This document shows positions 20,233 to 30,625 of a stretch of 57,762 bases of DNA, piece by piece. Origin of the DNA: an uncultured Christensenella sp. (lineage in GTDB: Bacteria; Bacillota; Clostridia; Christensenellales; UBA1242); contig CAJUBT010000008.1 in NCBI GenBank assembly GCA_910584815.1, positions 1 to 57,762 of the forward strand, in the 5' to 3' direction. A program made the translations under genes and the position numbers. Under the pieces are notes generated by a model. That model saw only the letters and a list, made by a program, of their open reading frames with translations. It had not been told where the DNA came from and made no database searches. The stretch's first letter is position 1, and each line of letters begins with the position of its first letter.

Positions 20233-22143
20233 ATGACCATTAAAGAACAAATGTATTTGTTCAACCAAGGAACATATTATCACGCTTATAACCTGTTGGG
20301 GTGTCATCTTGTTAAAGCCCAAAACAAAACAGGTGCTTTTTTTCGTGTTTGGGCACCAAATGCAAAGAGTGTAAGTGTGGTGGGCGATTTTAATGGTTGG
20401 AACGCAACTTTAAACAAAATGAAGAAACTAGAAAAGAGTGGCATTTGGGAAGTTTATGTTGAAGAGGTCTCTATTTATCAAAAATATAAATATCAAATAA
20501 CCACAAAGAAGGGTGAAAAAATTTTAAAGGCAGACCCATATGCTTTCTATCAAGAGACAAATGGACACGATGCCTCTATGGTTTACGATATTTCTGGTTA
20601 CACTTGGCAAGATAAAAAATATTTAGAAAGTGTTAATAACAAAGATATATATTCAAGCCCTATGAATATTTATGAAGTTAATTTTCTTTCTTGGCGCAGA
20701 GGAGAAAACTATGAATATTATACCTACAACAAATTAACAGAAGAATTAATTCCTTATGTTAAAGAGATGGGTTACACCCACATAGAAATTATGCCCTTAA
20801 CAGAATTTCCTTTTGATGGCTCTTGGGGTTATCAAGTTACTGGTTATTTTGCAATAACTTCTCGGCTTGGAACTCCACAACAGTTTATGCACTTTGTGGA
20901 TGAATGCCATAAAAACAACATTGGCGTTATACTTGATTGGGTGCCTGCTCATTTCCCAAAAGATAGTTTTGGACTTATAGATTTTGATGGAGAAGCACTA
21001 TATGAAAATAAAGGATGGGATAGAAAAGAACATAAATCTTGGGGTACAAGGCGTTTTGATTATGGTAGAAATGAGGTCCAAAGCTTTTTAATTTCATCTG
21101 CAATGTTTTTGTTAAAGGAATATCATATAGATGGCATAAGAGTAGATGCAGTTGCCTCAATGCTATATTTAGATTACGATAAAAAACAAGGGGAGTGGTT
21201 GCCAAACTCTAGGGGCGGAAAAGAGAATTTAGAAGCAATAGCTTTTTTGCAAAAATTAAATTGTGCAGTGTTTAACGAATTCCCAAAAACACTTATGATT
21301 GCGGAAGAATCTACCGCTTGGCCACTGGTTTCAAAGCCAACAAATATTGGCGGTTTGGGCTTTAATTTTAAGTGGAATATGGGCTGGATGAATGATGTTT
21401 TAGAGTATGTTAAAATTGACCCTTGGTTTAGAAAGGGTGCACATAATAAATTAACTTTTTCTATGTTTTATGCTTTTTCCGAAAACTTTGTTTTGCCAAT
21501 TTCTCACGATGAAGTTGTGCACGGTAAAGGCTCTTTAATGGAAAAAATGTTTGGAGAATATAACGAAAGATTTGATGAATATCGTGCTTTTCTTGCGTAT
21601 ATGATTAGTCATCCTGGTAAAAAATTAACTTTTATGGGCATAGAATTAGGTCAATTTAAGGAATGGGATAATGGAACAGGGCTTGATTTTTGTTTGTTAG
21701 ATTTTGAAAAACATAGGCAATTAAAGGAATATGTTAAAGCTTTAAATAATTTCTATTTAAACAATAGCGAATTGTATGAAATAGATTTTTCTTGGGAAGG
21801 TTTTAAATGGATTATTCCAGATGATAATGTTCAAAACATTTTAGCTTATATTAGAAAAAACAAGAAGAACGAAGAATTAATTTGTATTATTAACTTTTCT
21901 CCAAGCATAAGAGAAAATTATAGAATTGGAGTGGAGAAGGGAAAATATAAAGAAGTGTTTAATGCTTCACTTAAACAATTTGGTGGTGGCGAAATACAAA
22001 CGAAAGATAAGATTTATAGCAGTGATAAAAAATCAATGCACGGCTATGATAGCAGTATAGAGTTGAGTTTAAGTAGTTACAGTGCAATATTTTTAAAAAA
22101 AGTAAATAATAAAAAAAGGGAAAATAAAAATAATGGAAAGTAA
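20233..22143 (+). CDS. glgB: 1,4-alpha-glucan branching enzyme (GH13_9)
   Basis: 636 aa with AGGAG RBS. Motifs DWVPAHFPKD, GIRVDAVASM, MIAEEST, SHDEVVHGK. Confidence 0.92.
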   Translation: MTIKEQMYLFNQGTYYHAYNLLGCHLVKAQNKTGAFFRVWAPNAKSVSVVGDFNGWNATLNKMKKLEKSGIWEVYVEEVSIYQKYKYQITTKKGEKILKADPYAFYQETNGHDASMVYDISGYTWQDKKYLESVNNKDIYSSPMNIYEVNFLSWRRGENYEYYTYNKLTEELIPYVKEMGYTHIEIMPLTEFPFDGSWGYQVTGYFAITSRLGTPQQFMHFVDECHKNNIGVILDWVPAHFPKDSFGLIDFDGEALYENKGWDRKEHKSWGTRRFDYGRNEVQSFLISSAMFLLKEYHIDGIRVDAVASMLYLDYDKKQGEWLPNSRGGKENLEAIAFLQKLNCAVFNEFPKTLMIAEESTAWPLVSKPTNIGGLGFNFKWNMGWMNDVLEYVKIDPWFRKGAHNKLTFSMFYAFSENFVLPISHDEVVHGKGSLMEKMFGEYNERFDEYRAFLAYMISHPGKKLTFMGIELGQFKEWDNGTGLDFCLLDFEKHRQLKEYVKALNNFYLNNSELYEIDFSWEGFKWIIPDDNVQNILAYIRKNKKNEELICIINFSPSIRENYRIGVEKGKYKEVFNASLKQFGGGEIQTKDKIYSSDKKSMHGYDSSIELSLSSYSAIFLKKVNNKKRENKNNGK

Positions 22144-24127
22144 AGAAAAATTATCTTCAACTAAAAAAACTGCAAACAAAGAAACTGTAAAAAAAGAGGT
22201 TAAAACAAACAAAACTTTAGCAACTTCAACCGCTAAAAAAACCTCTGCAAACAATAAAAAAAGTGCAACAGATTCAAATAAAAAATTGCTAAAAGAAACC
22301 ACAAAAACAGAAGCAAAATTAAATACAAAATCGAGTGCAAAAAAACAACCAACTTCTGCTGCAAAAAAGGTTTCAGCAAAATTGGCACCTTCTAAAAATG
22401 CTAAAAACAGTGCTAAAACAGTTGCCCAACAAAAAGCAAACAATGTTTCTAATCAATTAGATATGGCTAAAAAAGGGCTAAAGGAAGTTTCAAAACAAAG
22501 TAATAACACAAAAAAAGAAACAATAACTTTAGCAACTGAAAAGTCACTAAAGGAAGAACAATCAACTGTTGAAAATTCTAATCAAAAAAACATTGATATT
22601 TTAAATGATAATAATTTAAAAAATGTGGAAACAAATAATTCTCTACAAGCAAAAACCACACAAAATCAAACAGTGTTAAATGAAGAAAATAACAAAACTA
22701 AAGTGCTTTATGTGGTTTCTGAATGTCATCCATTTTGTGCAACTGGTGGGCTTGCTGATGTTGCAGAAGGGTTGCCTAAATTTATTAATAATAACAGCAA
22801 TATAGATATGCGTGTTGTGCTTCCTCTGTATAGCGATATTCCAAGTATGTATAGAGATAGTTTTAAATTTTTAGGCTATAAATATGTGCCAGTTGCTTGG
22901 AGAAATGTTTATTGCGGAGTGTTTACCTACACCTTAAATGGCGTAACTTATTATTTTTTAGATAATGAATATTATTTTAAACGTGGTGGCGGTATTTATA
23001 GTTATTACGATGATGGTGAACGCTTTGCTTTTACCTCTCGTGCTGTTTTGGAACTTATTTCGCTTATGAATTTTAATCCAAACATTATTCATTGTAACGA
23101 TTGGCAATCTGCACTTATTCCAATTTATTTAAAAACTGTTTATGCTAATAACCCAAACTTTAACAATATTAAAACAGTGTTTACCTTGCACAACACAGAA
23201 TATCAAGGTAAGTTTGACATTAAAATTATTAGTGACCTTTTTGGCATTGATGCAAGATATACAAGTTTACTAGAATATAATAAAGACCTTAACCTTGTTA
23301 AAGGTGCAATTTGTTGTTGTGATAAATTTACAACAGTTAGCCCAAGTTATTCTCAAGAGATTTTATCTCCAGAACATAGCAATGGTCTAGACCCTATTTT
23401 AAGGCAAAATGCCTATAAAATATGTGGAATTTTAAACGCTATAGATTGTGAATTTTATAACCCAAAAACCGATAATGTTTTATATAAAAATTACGATGTT
23501 AATTCCATTCAAGAGAAATGCGAAAATAAACTTGCCATTCAAAAAGAGTTAGGGCTAGAAGTTAATAAAGATGTTCCTATGATGTGTATTGTAACCCGTA
23601 TGGCAAAGCATAAAGGGTTAGACCTTATTAAAACTTGTATGGAGGGTATTGTTGCAAATAATTCTGTTCAATTTATTGCAGTGGGTGGTGGAGATAGAGA
23701 ATATGAAGATTATTTTAAATATTTGCAAAGCAAATACCCAACTAAAGTTAAAGCACTTCTAGGTTACAGTAACACCTGGGGAAGAAAAGCCTATGGTGCT
23801 AGTGATATTTTTATTATGCCATCTAAATCAGAACCTTGCGGGCTTTCTCAAATGGTTGCAAGTCGCTATGGAGCAATTCCTATTGTAAGAGAAACTGGTG
23901 GCTTAAAAGATAGTATGTGGGATTTTGGCTGTGAAGGTGGAGGAAATGCTTATACTTTCCATAACTATAATATACAAGATCTTGTTTATTCCATTACTCG
24001 TGCTTTGAACGATTATAAAAACAAAACCGATTGGCAAAACAAAATGAAAATTTGTATGTCAAGAGATTTTAGTTGGAAAGTTTCTGCCAATGGTTATATT
24101 TCTATTTATAATGAACTTTCAAAATAA
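22133..24127 (+). CDS. glgA: Glycogen synthase (GT5) with ~190-aa basic low-complexity N-terminal extension
   Basis: 664-aa ORF overlapping the glgB end by 11 nt. The catalytic part starts at KVLYVVSECHPFCATGGLADV and ends with PSKSEPCGLSQM. The nearest internal Met is still about 80 aa upstream of the core. Confidence 0.85.
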   Translation: MESKEKLSSTKKTANKETVKKEVKTNKTLATSTAKKTSANNKKSATDSNKKLLKETTKTEAKLNTKSSAKKQPTSAAKKVSAKLAPSKNAKNSAKTVAQQKANNVSNQLDMAKKGLKEVSKQSNNTKKETITLATEKSLKEEQSTVENSNQKNIDILNDNNLKNVETNNSLQAKTTQNQTVLNEENNKTKVLYVVSECHPFCATGGLADVAEGLPKFINNNSNIDMRVVLPLYSDIPSMYRDSFKFLGYKYVPVAWRNVYCGVFTYTLNGVTYYFLDNEYYFKRGGGIYSYYDDGERFAFTSRAVLELISLMNFNPNIIHCNDWQSALIPIYLKTVYANNPNFNNIKTVFTLHNTEYQGKFDIKIISDLFGIDARYTSLLEYNKDLNLVKGAICCCDKFTTVSPSYSQEILSPEHSNGLDPILRQNAYKICGILNAIDCEFYNPKTDNVLYKNYDVNSIQEKCENKLAIQKELGLEVNKDVPMMCIVTRMAKHKGLDLIKTCMEGIVANNSVQFIAVGGGDREYEDYFKYLQSKYPTKVKALLGYSNTWGRKAYGASDIFIMPSKSEPCGLSQMVASRYGAIPIVRETGGLKDSMWDFGCEGGGNAYTFHNYNIQDLVYSITRALNDYKNKTDWQNKMKICMSRDFSWKVSANGYISIYNELSK

Positions 24128-24468
24128 TTTATATAAATTACTTAAATAAAAAATCATATGTGTTAACGCAAAAGTTAATATTTGAATATTTATTTATATA
24201 ATCATTAAAGCATTTAAAATATGAATATAGAAATGGAATATTACAATTTTTAATTGTCAAATTTAATTTTTTAAATTAATATTATTTAACAAATTAATTT
24301 TGTTAATATTAAAGTAATAGTTCATTAATTAATTTTAAGAAAATAAGAAAATTAAAAAACTATATTTATATATTAGATAATTTGTGCATTACATTAAAAA
24401 AATCAAAAGTGTTAAACATAAACAAAAAAAGTAAAATTAAATATGTGGTAGGAGAATTTTTTAACCTT

Positions 24469-26883
24469 ATGAAGCAAATTACCGAAAAAGAAGCAATTTC
24501 TAAAATTAACGAACAATTAGAAAAATATTATAACATATCACTTAAAGATGCTACAGATAGGCAACTTTTTAAAGCTCTTGCTGGTGTTTGTATAGATGAG
24601 ATGTTTATTAAAAGGCAAAAGTTTAGCAAAAATTGCAAAAAGAAAGATGGCAAAGCAGTTAACTATATGTGTATGGAGTTTTTAATAGGCAAAACTTTAA
24701 GAACAAGTTTATTTAATTTAGGCTTTGAAAAATCCTTTGGTAAGGCACTAAAGGCTAATGGAAGAGATATACAAAATCTTTATGCTATAGAAGATGATGC
24801 TGGGCTTGGTAATGGTGGGCTTGGCAGGCTTGCTAGTTGTTTCTTAGATTCTCTTGCAACGCTAGATTATCCTGTAACTGGGCATTGCTTAAGGTACGAT
24901 TTTGGTTTGTTTAAACAAAAATTTGTTGATGGGCAGCAAACTGAACTTCCAGATGAATGGCTTGGAAGTGGTGAGGTTTGGCAAATTCCAAGGCAAGATA
25001 AAGCTTGCAGAATTAAGTTTGATGGTCAGATAAACGAATATATGGAAAATGGGCATATGAAAGTAGAATATCGTGATTGCACAGAAGTTGAAGCTTTCCC
25101 TTACGATGTTATGTTCAGTGGTTACGATTCTAAAAATGTTGCTGTTTTAAGGTTATGGTCGGCAAGAAGTTTTAATACTTTCGATACAAAAAAATTCTCT
25201 CAAGGTGAATATACTCAAGCAATGGCAGAAAAAAATGAACTTGAACTTTTAAGCAAAGTTCTATATCCTGCCGATGACCATATGCAAGGCAAAGCCTTAA
25301 GGCTTAGGCAACAATATTTTTTAGTTTCTGCAGCAATGCAAAGTATTGTTACAACCCATAAGCGAAGATATAAAAATTTAAAATTATTACCAAAATTTAT
25401 TGCCGTTCATTTAAACGACACTCATCCTGTTTTATGTGTGCCAGAGCTACTTAGAATCTTGATGGATGAAAACGAAATGTCGTGGGAAGATGCTTGGAAT
25501 ATAATAGATAAAACTATAAGCTACACTAATCACACAATTTTAAAAGAGGCATTAGAAGTTTGGGATGAAAATTTAGTAGCAAGAACATTACCACGAATTT
25601 ACAGTATATTAAAAGAAATAGATAGGCGTTTTAGAAGTGCCTGTTGCGAACTTGGCGTGTCATATTCTGCAGTTGAGGAAATGGCAGTTATTAGCAATCG
25701 TAAAGTTAGTATGGCAAATCTAGCTATAATTGCAAGCCATAAAGTTAATGGCGTTTCAAAACTTCATTCAAATATTTTAAAAGATAGAATATTCAAAAAT
25801 TTTAATGGAATGTATCCACAAAAATTTACAAATGTTACAAATGGGGTAACTCATCGCCGTTGGTTATGTGAAAGCAACCCAAAACTTAGCGAACTTATTG
25901 AAAGTTTAATTGGAGATAAGTTTATTAAAAATGCAAGTTGGCTAGAAAATTTAGAAAAGTTTGCTGATGATGACTCTGTAATTAAAAAAATAAAAAACAT
26001 TAAACTAAAAAATAAAGAGGAATTTGCAAAATTTCTTTATGAAAAACAGGGCATTAAAATAGACCCAACAACAAGGTTTGATGTTCAAGCAAAACGCATA
26101 CACGAATATAAAAGGCAATTACTAAATGTGTTACACATAATTTATTTATATTCAGTTTTAAAAGAAAATCCAGATGCCGATATTACCACTCAAACTTTTA
26201 TTTTTGCAGGCAAAGCCGCAAGTGGTTATAGAAGAGCAAAAGAAATTATTTATTTAATTAATCAATTAGCTTTAGAAATAGATAAAGATGAAAAAGTTAG
26301 CAAAAAACTAAAAATAGTTTTTGTTGAAAACTATTCAGTAACAGTTGCCGAAAAACTTATGCCAGCAACCGATGTTAGTGAACAAATTTCTCTAGCAGGT
26401 CAGGAAGCAAGTGGAACAGGAAATATGAAGGCAGTTTTAAATGGGGCGTTAATGCTTTGCACACCAGATGGCGCAAATATAGAAATTAGTGATGTTTGTG
26501 GTAAAGATAGTTCGTTTATGTTTGGTATGACAGCAGAAGATGTTGCAAACACTTGGAAGAATAATTATAACCCAAGAAACTATTACGATAATAATCCAAA
26601 AATTAAAACTGTTATAGATTTACTTTCTATTGGTTTTAATGGAACTTCTTTTAAAGGGCTTGCTGATTATTTGTTAAGCACTAATGGAGATTTTGACCCA
26701 TATATGTGTCTTGCCGATTTTGAAGCCTATTTAAAAGCTTGTGAAGATATGGATGTTTTATATAGAAAACCACTCAAATGGCATAAACAGGCACTAAAGA
26801 ATATATCTAAAATGGGTTACTTTTCTTCTGATAGATGCATAGAAGAATATGCTAAAAATATTTGGAACTTACAAAAAATTTAA
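24469..26883 (+). CDS. glgP: Glycogen/maltodextrin phosphorylase (GT35)
   Basis: Motif GNGGLGRLA and PLP site EASGTGNMK. I prefer the ATG at 24469 (AGGAG 14 nt upstream) to the upstream start at 24382 in the ORF track. Confidence 0.9.
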   Translation: MKQITEKEAISKINEQLEKYYNISLKDATDRQLFKALAGVCIDEMFIKRQKFSKNCKKKDGKAVNYMCMEFLIGKTLRTSLFNLGFEKSFGKALKANGRDIQNLYAIEDDAGLGNGGLGRLASCFLDSLATLDYPVTGHCLRYDFGLFKQKFVDGQQTELPDEWLGSGEVWQIPRQDKACRIKFDGQINEYMENGHMKVEYRDCTEVEAFPYDVMFSGYDSKNVAVLRLWSARSFNTFDTKKFSQGEYTQAMAEKNELELLSKVLYPADDHMQGKALRLRQQYFLVSAAMQSIVTTHKRRYKNLKLLPKFIAVHLNDTHPVLCVPELLRILMDENEMSWEDAWNIIDKTISYTNHTILKEALEVWDENLVARTLPRIYSILKEIDRRFRSACCELGVSYSAVEEMAVISNRKVSMANLAIIASHKVNGVSKLHSNILKDRIFKNFNGMYPQKFTNVTNGVTHRRWLCESNPKLSELIESLIGDKFIKNASWLENLEKFADDDSVIKKIKNIKLKNKEEFAKFLYEKQGIKIDPTTRFDVQAKRIHEYKRQLLNVLHIIYLYSVLKENPDADITTQTFIFAGKAASGYRRAKEIIYLINQLALEIDKDEKVSKKLKIVFVENYSVTVAEKLMPATDVSEQISLAGQEASGTGNMKAVLNGALMLCTPDGANIEISDVCGKDSSFMFGMTAEDVANTWKNNYNPRNYYDNNPKIKTVIDLLSIGFNGTSFKGLADYLLSTNGDFDPYMCLADFEAYLKACEDMDVLYRKPLKWHKQALKNISKMGYFSSDRCIEEYAKNIWNLQKI

Positions 26884-27229
26884 TTGTTTATTATTTTAGT
26901 ATTTTAAATTAACTTATAATATTATTAAACATTTTTAATTTGTTTTAGTTAAAGGGTTTTAACAAAAAGGTTTTAAAAACCAAAAAAGTTAATGCCCTTT
27001 TATGTTAAAATTAGATTAGAATTTTAAAAAGTTGTTTTTAGTTTTGAAATTTGCGTTTTAAAGTAAATTAAAATTAGCATAACTAAAACATAGTTTAGTA
27101 ACTGTTAAAATATAATAATCATAACCGCTTGTAACAATAATGCTATTTAGTTTAGTAAAAATATTTTGTTATGAATATAACTTATGATAAATTTAGTATT
27201 ATAAAATAAACTAAATTAAAAGGGGATGT

Positions 27230-29023
27230 ATGTTTATGAGTGAATATCAGTTTAACCCAATATATAACAAAGTTCCAACTGGGGCTAGTTTAGTTAATAA
27301 AAATGTAAAATATTCACTTAAAATAAATAAAAGCATTGGTTCTACTGCTGTGTTTTTTAATTATTGCTTTGATGGCTCAAACACCACAACTTTAGTAAAA
27401 ATGCAAAGTAATGAATTAGGGGATGAAATTGAATATTCAGTAACAATAACTTTTGAAAGTGTGGGGCTTTATTGGTATTGCTTTCAAGTTTTTCAAGGTG
27501 AACATAGCTATTTTTTGCAAAAAGATAACAACTTTAATGTTTCACCAACTGGCAATAATCCAAGCAGATTTCAACAACTTGTGTATGCAAATGAAAATAA
27601 GGTAGAAGCAAACTACAACAGTGGGGTTATGTATCATATTTTTGTGGATAGATTCTGTAAAAAAGGTGAAGTTAAACCTCATACTGATATGATTTTGCGT
27701 GATGACTGGGGTGGCGAAATAACAAAAAATTCTCAAAGCTTTAAGGTTATTAACAAAGAATGTTTTGGTGGAAATTTAAATGGAATTATAGGTAAGTTAG
27801 ATTACTTAAAAAGTTTAAATGTAACAACAATTTATTTGAGCCCAATTTTTGAAGCCAATAGTTACCATAAATACGACACTGCAGATTATTCAAAAATAGA
27901 TAGTATGTTCGGCACAGAAAAAGACTTTGTATCTTTAATATTAAAAGCTAAACTGAAAAACATTAATATAATTTTAGATGGTGTTTTTAACCATACGGGA
28001 GATGATAGCGTTTACTTTAATAAATATTCAACTTATAACAGTGTTGGTGCATATCAAAGTAAAAACTCACTTTATTACGATTGGTATAACTTTACCGATT
28101 ATCCAGAAAAATATGATAGTTGGTGGGGCATAGATTGTATGCCACAAATAAAAGACAATTCCCCTAATTTTACCAACTTTTTGTGTGGAAATTGTGGAAT
28201 TTTAAAAAAGTATATGAAACTTGGTTTGCTTGGGTTTAGGTTAGATGTTGTAGATGAAATAGAAAATAGTAAACTTAACCAAATATGTTCCAGCATTAGA
28301 GAAGTTAAAAAGAATGCTCTTATTTTAGGAGAAGTGTGGGAAGATGCATCAAATAAAATTGCTTATGGTTACAGAAGAAACTATTTTCTTGGTAAACAAC
28401 TAAATTCGGTTATGAACTATCCATTAAAAGATGCAATAATAAATTATATAGAAACCAAAAATTGTTCAAATTTAAGAAACACAATTTTTATGTTATTAGA
28501 CCATTACCCAAAAAATGTTTGCGATAACTTAATGAACATTTTAGGCACTCACGATAGTAGTAGAATTATGAGTGTTATAAATGCTTTTACCAATAATAAA
28601 CTAGAGGCAGAAAGTTTGCTTAAAATTGCAACGCTTTTACAATTTACTTGCTTTGGCGTGCCTTGCATTTTTTATGGCGATGAACAAGGCTTGCAAGGAG
28701 TTAATGCCCCTTATTGCAGAGTTTGTATGCCAACGAAAAATGCTAATATAAAACTAACTAATTGGTATAAATTTTTAGGTAAACTAAGAACGGAAAAGGT
28801 TTTTGAAACTGGTAAACTAAATGTTTTAGTGGCAGATAATGAGTTGTTTGGTTTTGAAAGGGTAGATAAAAAAATTAAATTTATTTTTTTAACAAACTGT
28901 GGTTTAGAGGAAAAACACTTTACCCTACAACACAAGTTTAAAAATTATGAAACTGGGAAAATGGAGAATAACATAGTTAGCATAAAACCTAAAAGTTATT
29001 TAATTTTAACAAATAAAATTTAA
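27230..29023 (+). CDS. GH13 alpha-amylase family enzyme (neopullulanase/cyclomaltodextrinase-like)
   Basis: 597 aa with GH13 conserved regions DGVFNHTG, GFRLDVVDE, GEVWED, LGTHDS. The alternative ATG at 27236 has better spacing to the GGGGA RBS. Confidence 0.85.
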   Translation: MFMSEYQFNPIYNKVPTGASLVNKNVKYSLKINKSIGSTAVFFNYCFDGSNTTTLVKMQSNELGDEIEYSVTITFESVGLYWYCFQVFQGEHSYFLQKDNNFNVSPTGNNPSRFQQLVYANENKVEANYNSGVMYHIFVDRFCKKGEVKPHTDMILRDDWGGEITKNSQSFKVINKECFGGNLNGIIGKLDYLKSLNVTTIYLSPIFEANSYHKYDTADYSKIDSMFGTEKDFVSLILKAKLKNINIILDGVFNHTGDDSVYFNKYSTYNSVGAYQSKNSLYYDWYNFTDYPEKYDSWWGIDCMPQIKDNSPNFTNFLCGNCGILKKYMKLGLLGFRLDVVDEIENSKLNQICSSIREVKKNALILGEVWEDASNKIAYGYRRNYFLGKQLNSVMNYPLKDAIINYIETKNCSNLRNTIFMLLDHYPKNVCDNLMNILGTHDSSRIMSVINAFTNNKLEAESLLKIATLLQFTCFGVPCIFYGDEQGLQGVNAPYCRVCMPTKNANIKLTNWYKFLGKLRTEKVFETGKLNVLVADNELFGFERVDKKIKFIFLTNCGLEEKHFTLQHKFKNYETGKMENNIVSIKPKSYLILTNKI

Positions 29024-29140
29024 ATTATATGTTTAAAATAATTTGTTTATAAAGGTTGTTTTTCTTAACTATTTTTTTATTTAATAAATAGTGTCATTAT
29101 TATTTTTATACCACTAAAATTTATAATAAAAAAAATACTA

Positions 29141-30310
29141 TTAACTTTTAATAGTATTTTTTTTGTTTTCTATTAATTCCTGCATCATTTGTTCCATTCT
29201 TTGCATACATTTTTTCTGATTAAAATCTTTTGCACTTTCATAATATTTCTTTTCGTATTCTTTTCTTAATGCTTCATTTTCTATAAAGTTATCAAGAACT
29301 CTTGCCAAATCTTTCTCATCTCGCTTTTTAAAAATGCAGGTTTCATCTATAGCAAAATTTCTTGTTGCACTAAGGTTACTATCGCTAACAATTGTGCATT
29401 TCCCGCAAGCAATTGCTTCTAAACACGCAATACCTTCAAGTTCAATGTCGGCAGGGTGAACATATATGTCGCTATAGTTTATAACTTTTATAATTTCATC
29501 TCTACTTAAAAACTCAAATTTAGGTTGTATAGGTAAATTTTTACTTAACTTTCTATATTTCTTTTCATTAGGCCCAAGCCCTGCCAAAATTAGTTGTATG
29601 TTATCTTTATATTTGCTTTTATATAAGGCTTTAATTAAAGTGTCTTGGCTTTTTTCTCTGCCAAATCTACCAATAGTTAACACAACAATTTTGTTTTTAT
29701 ATTCTTCAGGCTTTTCAATTTCCAATTTTTTAACTTGTTCATTAACTCCATTAGAAATAACATAAGCCCTTGGCGGAACACTATCCTCTTTTAAGTTATT
29801 TTCAAATGTTTGTTTAATAAATTCAGTAGGGTAGTGAACCCCATCTACATATTGATAAAAATGTTTGTATAAAAATCTATATAACTTATGGTTCACAAGT
29901 TTTAACTTATTCATTTTTATATGAGATGTAAAGTTTTCAGCCTGCATATGAAAGCCAGCAGTTATAGGAATGTTTAAATTCAATTCCCTTATAACTTTAA
30001 TTGTTGTTATGCCAAGCCCAAGTGGAACCATAATATGAACCAAGTCGGCATTTTGCACAGCTTGTTTAATAATATCTTTATCTGGTTTTGCAAGGGTAAC
30101 TCCAACTTTTTCAACATATTTATCTAACATCTTGCCAAAACTAATGTTTGGCACTACATAATAATCTTTTTCGTTTTTCTTATCTTGGTCGCCACATAAA
30201 ATTGTTACTTTATGGCCAGCACTTTTTAAATATCTAATTAAATTCATTGCAGCAACTGTAGTGCCATTATTTTCTTTTCCTAAAACATCACACACAATGG
30301 TTATGTTCAT
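29141..30310 (-). CDS. Glycosyltransferase family 4 (GT-B)
   Basis: 389 aa with AGGAG RBS. GT4-like N-terminus (NGTTVAAMNL) and C-terminal E.....E-type region (PADIELEGIACLEAIACG). Confidence 0.75.
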   Translation of the reverse strand: MNITIVCDVLGKENNGTTVAAMNLIRYLKSAGHKVTILCGDQDKKNEKDYYVVPNISFGKMLDKYVEKVGVTLAKPDKDIIKQAVQNADLVHIMVPLGLGITTIKVIRELNLNIPITAGFHMQAENFTSHIKMNKLKLVNHKLYRFLYKHFYQYVDGVHYPTEFIKQTFENNLKEDSVPPRAYVISNGVNEQVKKLEIEKPEEYKNKIVVLTIGRFGREKSQDTLIKALYKSKYKDNIQLILAGLGPNEKKYRKLSKNLPIQPKFEFLSRDEIIKVINYSDIYVHPADIELEGIACLEAIACGKCTIVSDSNLSATRNFAIDETCIFKKRDEKDLARVLDNFIENEALRKEYEKKYYESAKDFNQKKCMQRMEQMMQELIENKKNTIKS

Positions 30311-30625
30311 TCTTTTTTATCTCCTGTAATAATTTAGTTACAAAAATTTTTTGGTATTTTTATTATATTTATAAATATCTAAATTATTTTATGAATTTAA
30401 TTATAACACAATTATTAATATTTAACAAATTTATTAATACAACATAGTTTTAACATAATGCTTTTTTATAAAAAACTTTTAAATTAAAAAAAATATCTGC
30501 TAACTATTGTTAGCAGATATTTAATCATTCAATATATTTTTTTTAATAAACCAAATTATAATTTTAAACTATTATAATTTAATTAAAAACTTTTTTTGAT
30601 TTTGCAAATTAACTTATCTTTAGTT

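Noticed and set aside
22093-22443. 116-aa minus-strand ORF antisense to the glgA 5' region. The same applies to the antisense ORFs at 3068-3310, 3419-3763, 4022-4207, 12988-13362, 15904-16188, 51857-52393, 54327-54536 and 56100-56342.
   Set aside because: All lie fully inside long, well-supported genes on the other strand. They lack an RBS and encode F/L/S-rich low-complexity peptides typical of antisense reading of AT-rich or K/N-rich coding sequence.
24382-24468. Upstream start of the glgP ORF (MCITLKKSKVLNINKK...)
   Set aside because: It has a non-ATG start, no RBS and a lysine-rich AT-bias translation. The ATG at 24469 has an AGGAG at proper spacing and matches where phosphorylase homology should begin.
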